NCBI GenBank assembly: GCA_035298585.1 | Contig: DATGXW010000390.1 | Location: 1-51,949, forward strand | Length of the DNA stretch: 51,949 nt | Direction: 5' to 3' | From: Phycisphaerales bacterium | GTDB lineage: Bacteria; Planctomycetota; Phycisphaerae; Phycisphaerales; UBA1924 | Shown here: one piece after another, positions 34,661 through 43,869 of the stretch | How positions within the stretch are numbered: position 1 is the first letter of the stretch | Layout of the letters: each line of letters opens with the position of its first letter | The notes under the pieces: model-generated | What the model saw: the letters and a program-made list of their open reading frames with translations, nothing else | Databases searched by the model: none | What the model was told of the DNA's origin: nothing | Position numbers and translations under genes: made by a program

Positions 34661-36241
34661 ATGGAAGCAGTGCACACGGATGAAGGTGCGGGCTCCGGAA
34701 AGTTTGCCGCGTTGGTCCGGTGGCTGGGGCTGTGCCTTGGGCCGGTCCTGGCGCTGGTTGTGCACATGGCGCTGCCGCACGATGTCCGGGATGAGGCTGG
34801 GAGGATCATCTCGGGGCTTTCGTGGGAGGGGCGAGCGGCGGCGGCGGTGGGCGTGTGGATGATCACGTGGTGGTTGACCGAGGCGATCCCGCTCGAAGCC
34901 ACCAGCCTGCTCCCGATCGCGGTCTTTCCGCTGCTGAACATCATGCCCATCAAGGCCGCCGCCGCGCCCTACGCCGATGACGTGATTTTCCTCTTCATGG
35001 GCGGGATGTTCCTCGGCGCGGCGATGGAGAAGTGGGGGCTGCACAGGCGGGTGGCGCTGCGGGTGGTGGGCGTTGTCGGCACCAAGCCGGTGCGTGTGGT
35101 GGGGGGTTTTCTTCTGGCGTGTGCGCTGGTCAGCATGTGGGTCTCCAACACCGCCACGGCGGTCATGATGCTGCCGGTGGCCGTGAGCGTGCTGACCATC
35201 TCTCGAAGCGCGCTCGACGCGGCGGGCGCGGAGGGTGAGAGGCACCGTGCACACTTCCACCAGTTCGCGGCAGCGCTCCTGCTGGCGATCGCCTACGGCT
35301 CCACCATCGGCGGGATCGGGACGCTCATCGGAACTCCCCCCAACATCGTCCTGGCCAACTTCGTGAGCAAGACATTCGGGCAGGATATTTCGTTCATGCG
35401 GTGGGCCGCGCTGGGCGTGCCCTTGATGCTCGTGTTCCTGCCGCTGGCGTGGTGTGTATTGACGCGCATCGCGTTCAGGGTGACGTCCGAGGAGATCCCG
35501 GGCGTCCGGCAGGAGATCGAGCGCAATCTCCAGGGACTTGGTCGGATGTCGCGCGGGGAGAAGACAGTCCTTGCCATCTTCATCATCGCGGCGTCGTCGT
35601 GGATGCTGCGCGAGCCGCTGGGCGAACTGGCCGGGGTGATCCGCAGGCTTCCCGACGGCCGGAAGGTTGAACTCCTGACCGATGCCGGGATCGCGGTCAT
35701 CGCGTCGCTGCTGCTGTTCATCACGCCCGTGCACGCGGCCAGGCGGGAGTTTGCACTGGATTGGCACACCGCCTCCCGGATCCCCTGGGGGATCCTGCTG
35801 ATGTTCGGCGGCGGCCTGAGCCTGACGGCGGCGATGACCCAGCACGGCGCGGACGTCTACATCGGATCGCTGCTCTCGGGTCTTGGAGGGATGCACCCGC
35901 TGCTGGTGATCCTGCTCTTCTGCGCGGCGGTGGTCTTTGCGAGCGAGTTTGCGGGCAACACCGCGCTGGCGACGGCCGTGATGCCCATCGCGGCCGCCGT
36001 GGCGGGTCCCTTGGGCGTTCATCCGTACCTGCTCGTCTTCCCCGCGGCGATGGCTGCGAGCTACGCCTTCATGATGCCGATGGGTACGCCCCCCAACGCC
36101 ATCGTCTTTGGGCCGGGCCTGCTGCACGTCTCGCAGATGGCCAAGGCCGGGTTGATGCTCAACCTCGTCGCGATCCTCCTGATCTCGTTGATCGGGTATT
36201 GGCTGCTGCCGATTGTCTTTCCGGTCGCCGCCGTTCCCTGA
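34661..36241 (+). CDS. DASS/SLC13-family sodium-coupled anion (di/tricarboxylate or sulfate) symporter
   Basis: It is a multi-TM protein with duplicated hairpin motifs (VSMWVSNTATAVMMLP and ASEFAGNTALATAVMPI). Confidence 0.88.
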   Translation: MEAVHTDEGAGSGKFAALVRWLGLCLGPVLALVVHMALPHDVRDEAGRIISGLSWEGRAAAAVGVWMITWWLTEAIPLEATSLLPIAVFPLLNIMPIKAAAAPYADDVIFLFMGGMFLGAAMEKWGLHRRVALRVVGVVGTKPVRVVGGFLLACALVSMWVSNTATAVMMLPVAVSVLTISRSALDAAGAEGERHRAHFHQFAAALLLAIAYGSTIGGIGTLIGTPPNIVLANFVSKTFGQDISFMRWAALGVPLMLVFLPLAWCVLTRIAFRVTSEEIPGVRQEIERNLQGLGRMSRGEKTVLAIFIIAASSWMLREPLGELAGVIRRLPDGRKVELLTDAGIAVIASLLLFITPVHAARREFALDWHTASRIPWGILLMFGGGLSLTAAMTQHGADVYIGSLLSGLGGMHPLLVILLFCAAVVFASEFAGNTALATAVMPIAAAVAGPLGVHPYLLVFPAAMAASYAFMMPMGTPPNAIVFGPGLLHVSQMAKAGLMLNLVAILLISLIGYWLLPIVFPVAAVP

Positions 36242-36258
36242 AACAGGCGGGCCTGGTT

Positions 36259-37026
36259 TCAGGGCTGGCCGGGGCCGAATGCACACTCGACGATGCGGGG
36301 GAGCACCTCGCCCGATTTTCCGCGGGCCACCAGGTCGGCCCATCGCGTCACGGCGGTGTCTGTGGGGTTGATCTCGCAGGTGGTGGCGCCGGCGCGATTG
36401 GCGAGGAAGATGAAGCTGGCCGCCGGCTGAACAACCGAACTGGTGCCGATCGTGAAGAACAGGTCGGCCTCGGCCAGCGCTCGGTCGGCGGCCAAGAGCG
36501 CCTCCTGGGGCAGCATCTCGCCGAACCAGACGACATCGGGCCGGAGCAGAGATCCGTCCGGGGAAGTTGGGGGGAAGAAGCGCATGGGTTCGGGGCCCGG
36601 GGTGATGCACACGCCGGTCTTTGTGCAGCGCCAGACCATGATGCTCCCGTGCAGTTCGACGACGTTCGAGCTTCCCGCTCGCTGGTGCAGCCGATCGACG
36701 TTCTGGGTCAGAAGCGTGAACCGGCCTCCTCGCGCGGTGATTTCGCGTTCGATCCGGGCAAGAGCCAGGTGCCCCGGGTTGGGAAGACATGCAAGGCAAC
36801 CCAGGCGGCGGTGGTCGTACCAGCGGGTGACAAGTTCGGGATCCCGTTCGAAGGCCTCCGGTGTGGCGAGCTGTTCAGGGTTGAAGCTTGCCCAGAGGCC
36901 GGTCATCGCATCGCGGAACGTGGGGGTTCCACTCTCGGCCGAGACTCCGGCCCCGGTAAGGACCACCACGCGCCGTGCACGGGCGAGGCAGTCGGCGATC
37001 TCCTGAAGGTGGGGTTGGTGTGTCAT
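36259..37026 (-). CDS. cobB: NAD-dependent protein deacylase (class III sirtuin, CobB-like)
   Basis: Motifs are GAGVSAESGTPTFRD, TQNVDRLHQRAG, VELHGS and FTIGTSSVVQPA. Confidence 0.9.
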   Translation of the reverse strand: MTHQPHLQEIADCLARARRVVVLTGAGVSAESGTPTFRDAMTGLWASFNPEQLATPEAFERDPELVTRWYDHRRLGCLACLPNPGHLALARIEREITARGGRFTLLTQNVDRLHQRAGSSNVVELHGSIMVWRCTKTGVCITPGPEPMRFFPPTSPDGSLLRPDVVWFGEMLPQEALLAADRALAEADLFFTIGTSSVVQPAASFIFLANRAGATTCEINPTDTAVTRWADLVARGKSGEVLPRIVECAFGPGQP

Positions 37027-37150
37027 GGGGTGTCGTACCTGGTGCCCGAGGATCGGCGAACGTGTGCGGCCCGGGGTGAATCTACTCGACCGGGACGATA
37101 AGGAACACCCCCGGGAAACATTCGGGCGTCTGGTTGATTACACTTGAGAC

Positions 37151-37864
37151 ATGACCGCACCACGCAGGACGCTGGTGGTTGGCGATGGCGGCTTGTCGAG
37201 CATCCTGGCGTGCTCGGCGGCGGCGGATGCCGCGTTGCTTGCCGAGCCCGATCCGGAGAAGCGTCGACAGATCCGGCCTGTGCTGTGGGTTTCACCCGTG
37301 CCGGGTCCGACGGCGACCGCGCGCCGCTGGGTTTCGCGGAGGCAGGCCGAGCTCTTTGACTTTGAACTTGTGGAAGAGCCCGAGCCCGCCCAGCCGGCGC
37401 CGGGAGCTTCGACCCATGCAGAGTGGCCGTGGGACACCTTGAATCTTGTGAAGGCCTCGGTCGCGGCGGTGGGGCGGGGGTGCGGATCGGTCGTATGGCC
37501 CGTGCACTCCTCTCAGCCCCAGAGCCCGGATCTTGATGAAGTCTCGCGTGCGGTGGATCGGGCCCTGCTGGTGGGCCGATTGATCGCGCTCGATGCCGAC
37601 CTCCATCATGGGCCGGGATTCCACATCGAAACGCCGATGGTGGACCTTTCAGACCGCCAGATCGCGGACCTTGTGCTCGACATGGACCTGCCCGTGGGGC
37701 TGTGCTGGTGGTGGCACGCGGAGATGGGCCGGGATGGCACGGCCGAGTTTCGCCGCGAGCACGAGCGCTGGGTCACGGTGCTCCGCGACGTCGGATGGCG
37801 CGGGGGATCCGATGCGCTGGCGAACGCGAAGGTATCACGTGCGGAGGCCGGACACGGGGGTTGA
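37151..37864 (+). CDS. QueC/ExsB-like adenine-nucleotide alpha-hydrolase-fold protein with a degenerate PP-loop
   Basis: TLVVGDGGLSSILAC aligns with the QueC segment VVVFSGGQDSTTCL. FHIETPMVDLSDRQIADLVLDMDLP aligns with [23 protein letters not shown]. The QueC C-terminal Cys cluster is absent. The assignment is by eye only. Confidence 0.4.
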   Translation: MTAPRRTLVVGDGGLSSILACSAAADAALLAEPDPEKRRQIRPVLWVSPVPGPTATARRWVSRRQAELFDFELVEEPEPAQPAPGASTHAEWPWDTLNLVKASVAAVGRGCGSVVWPVHSSQPQSPDLDEVSRAVDRALLVGRLIALDADLHHGPGFHIETPMVDLSDRQIADLVLDMDLPVGLCWWWHAEMGRDGTAEFRREHERWVTVLRDVGWRGGSDALANAKVSRAEAGHGG

Positions 37865-37868
37865 AAAG

Positions 37869-38525
37869 TCAGCGGCGCGGCGTGGGGACATAGGGCGCGA
37901 GTTCGACGGGCAGGCTCTGAAGTCCGCGGCGCATCGCCTTGCGGACCGCATACTCGAGTGATCGACGCATCCGGTCGCGGACCGCATCGGTGACGTTGAG
38001 CCCTTCGGCTTCCATCGCGCGTATCGCAAACGCCCAGGCGTGGTATTCCTCAAGACAGCGGGGTTTGAACGCCCCGATGCCGAGTGCATGGTGTCCGATC
38101 TCGTGCAGGAAGACGGCGGCGGACATCGGACCCTTGGGCCTGGGAGATTCGATCAACCGAGAGACCTTGCCATCTCGGTAGGTCACCGTCCAGGCGACGC
38201 CGGACATGCTTGTTCGCCACTTGCGCACGCGGACGCCGTACTTGGCGAGCATCGACTCGACAACCCGGTCGTAGCGGGCCTGCATCGGGTCGGACTTGCT
38301 GGTCACCAAGGGCGTGTGCACATCGACCGCGGCGGGCTTTCGACGCGTCCGCACGGGCCGGTGTGCAGGGGCCTTGGGAGCGACCGGAACCGCCCGCGGA
38401 GCGACATGTACAGCGTTGTCTGATGCGCTGTGGGGGATTTTCAGGGACGATGGCTTTGCGGCCGGCTTGGCGGGCGGCGGCTCGGGACGAAGGGACTTGG
38501 GCAGGAGATCCCAGAGCGTGAGCAT
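37869..38525 (-). CDS. HExxH zinc-metalloprotease-like protein (SprT-like or M78/ImmA-like) with a Pro/Ala/Lys-rich N-terminus
   Basis: FLHEIGHHAL is followed by EEYHAW, and the preceding segment RKWRTSMSGVAW resembles the SprT-like N-terminal pattern. ATG 38525 overlaps the fmt stop as TGATG (the track lists a TTG start at 38528). Confidence 0.5.
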   Translation of the reverse strand: MLTLWDLLPKSLRPEPPPAKPAAKPSSLKIPHSASDNAVHVAPRAVPVAPKAPAHRPVRTRRKPAAVDVHTPLVTSKSDPMQARYDRVVESMLAKYGVRVRKWRTSMSGVAWTVTYRDGKVSRLIESPRPKGPMSAAVFLHEIGHHALGIGAFKPRCLEEYHAWAFAIRAMEAEGLNVTDAVRDRMRRSLEYAVRKAMRRGLQSLPVELAPYVPTPRR

Positions 38526-39520
38526 CAAGCAACATCCGAGTGTGCAGGGGGCGCGGGCGCTGTCGAGAGCATCAGTTCACCATCCAGACGTGCACCGTTG
38601 GCAAACTGTTCCCACTTCATCGGTCTTTTGCCCGAGGGCTGGACTTCCACAAGCGTGAGCAGTGTGCGGTCGCCGCACACGATCAGGCCGGTGCTTCCAG
38701 GCTGGATCAGCGTTCCCGGCGGTATCCCCGCGGGCGCGAGTTCCCCGGCTTGTGCATGTGCACGCAGAAGCTTGAGTTCCAGCGCGGGCTTTCCCGTGGA
38801 ACCGGGCCGATCGAGGCGGGCGAGGATTCCGGGCCAGGGGGTGAGTGCATGGATCCGCCGTCGGCAGAGATCCGCGCTGTGTCCAAAGTCGATCCATCCA
38901 TCCGCGCGGGAGAGCTTGCGGGCGATGGTGACCTGTGCAGGATCCTGCGGGGCGCCCGCGAGGGTCCTGGCGGCATGGCGGCCGAGGACATCTTCCACCA
39001 GCGAGGGCCCATCGGACGCGAGCAGATCGTGCATCTCACCCACCGTCACCGAGGGTTCCACCGGGCGGGTGGACTGGCCCAGCACGAGCCCCGCGTCCAT
39101 CTTGTCGGCAAGGGTAATGACGCTGTTGCCCGTGACGGGGTCGCCGGCGAGCATCGCCGCGTGGATCGGCGCCGCGCCGCGCCAGCGGGGCAAGAGCGAG
39201 GCGTGGAGATTGATGGCAAAGACGTCCTCAAGCAAGGGCCGCGAGAGCTTTTGTCCAAAGGCGATGACGACCCAGGCGTCGGCGGCGAATCCGCGGAGCT
39301 GGGCGATCACGCCGGGCTCATTGACATTGACCGGCTTGAGGATCGGGATCGCCGGTGCATGCTCCGACACCCACTGGGCGATGGGCGTGGGCGTGAGCAC
39401 CGAACCGCGCCCGGCGGGCTTGTCGGGCTGCGTGACCACCATCGCGACCTGGTGGCTGGAGACCAGCCTCGCCAAGGTGGGAATTCCAAAGGCGCCTGAC
39501 CCGAAGAAGAGCAGTTTCAT
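38525..39520 (-). CDS. fmt: methionyl-tRNA formyltransferase
   Basis: The N-terminus is MKLLFFGSGAFGIPTLARL, and the motifs HASLLPRWRGAAPIHAAMLAGD and PQDPAQVTIARKL are present. Confidence 0.95.
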   Translation of the reverse strand: MKLLFFGSGAFGIPTLARLVSSHQVAMVVTQPDKPAGRGSVLTPTPIAQWVSEHAPAIPILKPVNVNEPGVIAQLRGFAADAWVVIAFGQKLSRPLLEDVFAINLHASLLPRWRGAAPIHAAMLAGDPVTGNSVITLADKMDAGLVLGQSTRPVEPSVTVGEMHDLLASDGPSLVEDVLGRHAARTLAGAPQDPAQVTIARKLSRADGWIDFGHSADLCRRRIHALTPWPGILARLDRPGSTGKPALELKLLRAHAQAGELAPAGIPPGTLIQPGSTGLIVCGDRTLLTLVEVQPSGKRPMKWEQFANGARLDGELMLSTAPAPPAHSDVA

Positions 39521-39555
39521 AAAGAGGCGTGGTGGCGGAACAGGGAGGGTCCGGT

Positions 39556-40128
39556 TCAATGCTCCGAGCCGCCCCGCTCAAGATCGCGGATCGCCGCGCG
39601 ATTGCGGATGCGGGACATCTGGGTCATTCGGTCGAGAATCAGCGTGCCGTCGAGGTGGTCGAGTTCATGCTGCCAGCACCGGGCCAGAAGTCCGGTCGCG
39701 GTCTGCGTGAACTCCTTGCCCGCAAGGTCGTAGGCGTGGATCGTGACGGTGGGGGGGCGAAGCACCTGCCCCCGGATGTCCGGCAGGCTCAGGCACCCTT
39801 CCTCGGAGGCCTCCGGAGCACCCAGAGGCCGGGAGATCACCGGGTTGATGTAGACCTGGGGACCCCTGGTCGCCGAGGGAAGATCGCCATCGGCCGTGCG
39901 CTCATCGTCGGGTGGTATGTCGACCACGAACATGCGGATCGAAAGGCCGACCTGGGGGGCGGCAAGACCGATCCCCTCCGCCGTGTGCATCAGGTCCAGC
40001 ATCCGCGAAGCGACCGCCGAGAGGTCGGTTGAGCCCAATTGAACCGCGGTCGCCTTCTTGCGCAGCACCGCGGCCGGATAATGGACAATCTGGAGCCGGG
40101 AGGGGTTTAGGGAAGGATCGGCGGTCAC
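39556..40128 (-). CDS. def: peptide deformylase
   Basis: The three family motifs are present (GIGLAAPQVG, EGCLSLP and QHELDHLDG). GTG 40128 gives a typical ~190-aa protein, whereas the longest ORF starts at ATG 40218. Confidence 0.9.
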   Translation of the reverse strand: MTADPSLNPSRLQIVHYPAAVLRKKATAVQLGSTDLSAVASRMLDLMHTAEGIGLAAPQVGLSIRMFVVDIPPDDERTADGDLPSATRGPQVYINPVISRPLGAPEASEEGCLSLPDIRGQVLRPPTVTIHAYDLAGKEFTQTATGLLARCWQHELDHLDGTLILDRMTQMSRIRNRAAIRDLERGGSEH

Positions 40129-40362
40129 GCGTGCATGATAGTGAAGGGGCGTACCCGGATCCCGCGAGCGGGAAAGGCGGCGTGTCTCGCCGGTCGATTC
40201 CGACCAGGTTTCGAACAATCGGACGGGTTGAACGGCTTTGGTTTGGCGTGTGCACCGAGACTCACCCGCCCCGAATCACTACAATCGCGCCCCTGATCGC
40301 GGGCCTGGGAGATTTGCTTTCCGGGTCGTGGAGCTATGGCACCCTAAGACGAGGCGGAACCC

Positions 40363-41892
40363 TTGGGAATCTTTGGTTGGAAGAAGTCAGACGATAACGC
40401 CGAGAAGAAGCCGGAAGGCGCTGCGGCGCCGGCCGCCTTCTCGCCCGAGAAGGCCGAGGGGTTCTTCAAGCACGCACGCACGGTACACGACACCAACAGC
40501 TATGAGTACGCCATGCAGCTCTGGCTCAGCGGGCTGCGATGGGACCCGACGAGCATGGCCGGGCTCAAGGGCTTTTTCACCTCGGCCGGCGCGTTTACCT
40601 CCAAGGCGGGTGACAAGCCCCGCGTGAGCAAGGACGTCACCAAGCCGATCTCATCGAGCACGCCGGTCGATCGTTACCTGATGTCGCTGCTGGACTGGTC
40701 GCTTCGCCCCGAAGATCCCGCCGCGGCGGTGCGCGCGGCGGAGTTGGGCGCTGCGCTGACCCTCAAGGAGCCGGTCGAGTGGATCGGTGTCCGCGCGTTC
40801 AACTCGCTGGTCAGGGATCCCAAGCGGGCCTCCAAGTCGCTCTTCCTCAAGCTCAAGGAGGCGGCCAACCGCGCGGGGGCGTACACGCTCGCGCTGCAGT
40901 CGGCGGAGATGGCGCTCAAGATGGATCCGACCGACGGCGAACTGGCCGCGGAGATCCGCAACCTCGCCGCGCAGGAGACGATGAACAAGGGCGGGTTTGA
41001 GAAGACCGGCGAGGCCGGCGGCTTCCGCTCCAACATCAAGAACGCCGATCAGCAGCGGCTCCTCGAAGCGCAGGACGCGATCGTCAAGACCGCCGACACG
41101 ATGGACCTGCTCGTCAAGGCCGCGGAGGACGACTACGCCGCCCGCCCGACCGACATCGCCGCCACGCAGGTGCTGATCAAGCGGCTGCGTGAGCGGGGGC
41201 GTCCCGAGGACGTGGCGCGTGCACTCAAGCTGATGGACGAGGCCTATGCGCTGACGAACCAGTTCACCTTCCGCGAGCAGGCGGGAGATCTGAGGATCAA
41301 TCTTGCCCGCAAGAAGATCGACTCTTTGAAGGAGAAGGCCGCGGCGCGTCCCAACGACGCGGCGGTGAAATCCGAACTGGAGAAGGCGCAGCGCGACTTT
41401 GTCGAGTTCGAGCTCGAGGAGTTCCGAATCCGCGTCGAGGCCTATCCGACGGATATCGCGCGCAAGTTCGAGCTTGGCAAGCGGTACTTCAACATCGGGA
41501 TGAACGAGGAGTCGATCGCGCTCTTCCAGCAGTCGCAGAACGACCCCCGCTTCAAGACGCCCTCGCTGCTGTTCCTGGGGCGGTCGTTCGCGAAGATCGG
41601 CTGGGTTGACGAATCGATCGACACGTTCCGCAAGGCGCTTGATTCGCGCGACATCCTGCCCGACGTGGCGCTCGAGCTGCGATACGACCTGATGCGGGCG
41701 CTCAAGGCCAAGGGAACGCAGGAGCGCGACCTTTCCTCCGCCGAAGAGGCCGAGAAGATCGCCTCGTCGATCGCCATCCAGCAGATCACCTACCGCGATA
41801 TTCGCCAGCAGCGCGACGAGCTCAAGAAGCTCCTCGTCGAGCTGCGCTCGGGAGGGTCCGCGCCCCCGGCCCCGGCGACCGAGGGCGCCTGA
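40363..41892 (+). CDS. TPR-like helical-repeat protein of unknown function
   Basis: It is a TTG-start 509-aa ORF (MGIFGWKKSDD...) after GAGG. It has strong GC3 bias and helical-repeat character (for example LGKRYFNIGMNEESIALFQQSQ and LFLGRSFAKIGWVDESIDTFRKAL). Confidence 0.6.
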   Translation: MGIFGWKKSDDNAEKKPEGAAAPAAFSPEKAEGFFKHARTVHDTNSYEYAMQLWLSGLRWDPTSMAGLKGFFTSAGAFTSKAGDKPRVSKDVTKPISSSTPVDRYLMSLLDWSLRPEDPAAAVRAAELGAALTLKEPVEWIGVRAFNSLVRDPKRASKSLFLKLKEAANRAGAYTLALQSAEMALKMDPTDGELAAEIRNLAAQETMNKGGFEKTGEAGGFRSNIKNADQQRLLEAQDAIVKTADTMDLLVKAAEDDYAARPTDIAATQVLIKRLRERGRPEDVARALKLMDEAYALTNQFTFREQAGDLRINLARKKIDSLKEKAAARPNDAAVKSELEKAQRDFVEFELEEFRIRVEAYPTDIARKFELGKRYFNIGMNEESIALFQQSQNDPRFKTPSLLFLGRSFAKIGWVDESIDTFRKALDSRDILPDVALELRYDLMRALKAKGTQERDLSSAEEAEKIASSIAIQQITYRDIRQQRDELKKLLVELRSGGSAPPAPATEGA

Positions 41893-41926
41893 GCGAGCGG
41901 ATCACACCTCCCACAACCCCCACACA

Positions 41927-41965
41927 CCAACGCCCCACGGGCCCCCCATCCCAACGCCCCACGGG
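41927..41965 (+). repeat. 15-nt direct repeat (CCAACGCCCCACGGG x2, 24-nt period) in a C-rich kdsB leader
   Basis: The copies lie at 41927-41941 and 41951-41965. The surrounding region (41901-41990) is C/A-rich and G-poor on the + strand. Confidence 0.7.
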
Positions 41966-41990
41966 TCCCGCCCACACCCCTCCATCCCTC

Positions 41991-42761
41991 ATGACCAGCG
42001 CAAAGCAACAGGACTCGGTCGTCGAGGTTGTGGCGATCATCCCCGCCCGGCTCGCGTCAACCCGGTTCCCCGAGAAGGTGCTCGCGTCGCGGACGGGCAA
42101 GACGCTCATCGAGCATGTCTACGACTCCGCCTCCCGGTCGCGGCGAGCTTCGCGCGTCGTCATCGCCGCCGACGATCCGAGGATCATGCACGCTGTGGAG
42201 GAATTTGACGGGGACGCGGTGCTCACTTCCGTCCAGCATCCCAACGGCACCAGCCGCCTTGCGGAAGCGGCGGGCATCCTGCGGCTCGCCGAGGATGACA
42301 TCGTGGTGAATGTCCAGGGCGATGAACCCGAGATCGAGGGCGGCTTGATCGACGCGGTGGTGGAGGCGCTCGAACATTCGAGCGCGGAGGTCGCGACCGC
42401 CGCCGCGCCCTTTGTGTCGGGGGAGGACGCGGCCAACCCCAACATCGTGAAGGTCGTGCTGCGTGCCGATTCGACCGCACTCTATTTTTCGCGGTCGCTG
42501 ATCCCCTTCCCGCGTGCCGCGTCTCCGGCGGCGATGCCCCTCAAGCACATCGGGATCTATGCCTACAGGGTTCGTTTCCTTCAGCGTTACGTGACCCTCG
42601 CCCCGACCCCGCTGGAAGCCACCGAGATGCTCGAACAGCTTCGGGTCCTGGAGCACGGGCACTCCATCGCGGTCGCCATCTACCCCGTCAGCTCGGTTGG
42701 GATCGATACGCCAGAGCAGTACGATGCCTTTGTTGAACGGTGGCGGCGTCGGCAGGGATAG
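41991..42761 (+). CDS. kdsB: 3-deoxy-manno-octulosonate cytidylyltransferase (CMP-Kdo synthetase)
   Basis: Motifs are IIPARLASTRFPEKVL, VNVQGDEP and GIYAYRVRFL. Confidence 0.93.
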   Translation: MTSAKQQDSVVEVVAIIPARLASTRFPEKVLASRTGKTLIEHVYDSASRSRRASRVVIAADDPRIMHAVEEFDGDAVLTSVQHPNGTSRLAEAAGILRLAEDDIVVNVQGDEPEIEGGLIDAVVEALEHSSAEVATAAAPFVSGEDAANPNIVKVVLRADSTALYFSRSLIPFPRAASPAAMPLKHIGIYAYRVRFLQRYVTLAPTPLEATEMLEQLRVLEHGHSIAVAIYPVSSVGIDTPEQYDAFVERWRRRQG

Positions 42762-42882
42762 CCGTGATCGGGTGGCGGCGAGACTTCGCGGCGGGGCACG
42801 CGCGAAAGCGGGCGTGTGCGTTTCCGAATGCTCCCCGGCGGCACGCCGTCGAATGGTCCTTGAGGGCAGGAGGGTTGGACTC

Positions 42883-43869
42883 GTGACACCAAACAGCGGC
42901 GATGCCGCGGCCATCGACCTGACGGATGTGCGGAAGACCTACGGCAAGAAGGTCCATGCGCTCCGTGGGATCTCGATGAACGTCCGCCGCGGCGAGGTTT
43001 TCGGACTTCTCGGGCCCAACGGCGCGGGAAAGAGCACGCTGGTCAAGATCCTGATGACGGTGATCCGTCCGACCAGAGCGCACGGCACGGTGCTCGGCGG
43101 CCCGGTGGGGGATAAGCGAGCGCTCGCGCGGGTCGGATATCTCCCCGAGCACCATCGCTTCCCGGAATATCTGACGGGCCGGCAGGTGATCGAGTTCTAC
43201 GGCGCCATGGCCAACGTCAAGCGGCGTGATCGCAAGCGCCGGGCCGCCGAACTGCTCGAACTGGTCGGGATGAAGGACTGGGCCGACACCCGCGTCAAGG
43301 GGTACTCCAAGGGGATGCGTCAGCGAATCGGGATCGCGCAGGCCGTCGTGAACGATCCGGAGCTCGTCGTGCTCGATGAGCCGACCGACGGCGTCGACCC
43401 GGTGGGCCGGAAGGACATCCGCGCGATCCTGGTCCGATTGAAAGAACAGGGCCGGACGGTCTTCCTGAACTCGCACCTCCTGAGCGAACTGGAGATGGTC
43501 TGCGACCGGGTGGCGATCCTGGTGCAGGGGCGTGTGCACTCCCAGGGAACCATCGACGAATTGACCCGGGACCAGCAGAAGTACGTGATCGAGATTGAAA
43601 GCTCTCCCGCCGCGGAGGGCGTGGTGACGGCCACCGACCTTGGGCTCGGGCCGCTGGCGCGCCAGGGTGATCTGATCATCGCCGGTACGCACGACGCCCG
43701 CGCCATCCAGCCGCTCATTGACCGTCTCCGGAGCGCCGGCATCACCATCCGCTCCGTGCGGCCGACCCGTCCCTCGCTCGAGGATCTTTTCATGCAGGCC
43801 GTGACCGATCCGAACACGGGCAAGGCTCTCAACCCCGGGGCCGACACAAGCAAGGAGGCGGGCCGATGA
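42883..43869 (+). CDS. ABC transporter ATP-binding protein (ABC-2/DrrA-like subfamily)
   Basis: GTG 42883 lies 9 nt after AGGAGG, with an alternative ATG at 42853. Motifs are Walker A GPNGAGKSTL, signature YSKGMRQR and Walker B LVVLDEP. Confidence 0.9.
   Translation: MTPNSGDAAAIDLTDVRKTYGKKVHALRGISMNVRRGEVFGLLGPNGAGKSTLVKILMTVIRPTRAHGTVLGGPVGDKRALARVGYLPEHHRFPEYLTGRQVIEFYGAMANVKRRDRKRRAAELLELVGMKDWADTRVKGYSKGMRQRIGIAQAVVNDPELVVLDEPTDGVDPVGRKDIRAILVRLKEQGRTVFLNSHLLSELEMVCDRVAILVQGRVHSQGTIDELTRDQQKYVIEIESSPAAEGVVTATDLGLGPLARQGDLIIAGTHDARAIQPLIDRLRSAGITIRSVRPTRPSLEDLFMQAVTDPNTGKALNPGADTSKEAGR

Noticed and set aside
33983-36799. A 938-aa ORF on the minus strand, the longest of many long antisense ORFs. 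Others include 10891..12573, 16863..17963, 22976..23950, 43320..44798 and 47443..48657.
   Set aside because: Its translation is Arg/Pro/Gly/His-rich with no recognisable motif. It lies exactly opposite genes with clear family motifs (the DASS symporter, DUF2314 protein and others). This is the expected shadow-ORF artefact of a high-G+C genome.
36259-37864. A Sir2 plus QueC-like divergent pair as a candidate anti-phage module.
   Set aside because: The sirtuin is a compact 255-aa CobB-type deacylase with all housekeeping motifs and no fused effector or sensor domain. No partner genes of known SIR2 or QueC-like defence systems are nearby. I kept only the degenerate QueC-like gene as a finding.
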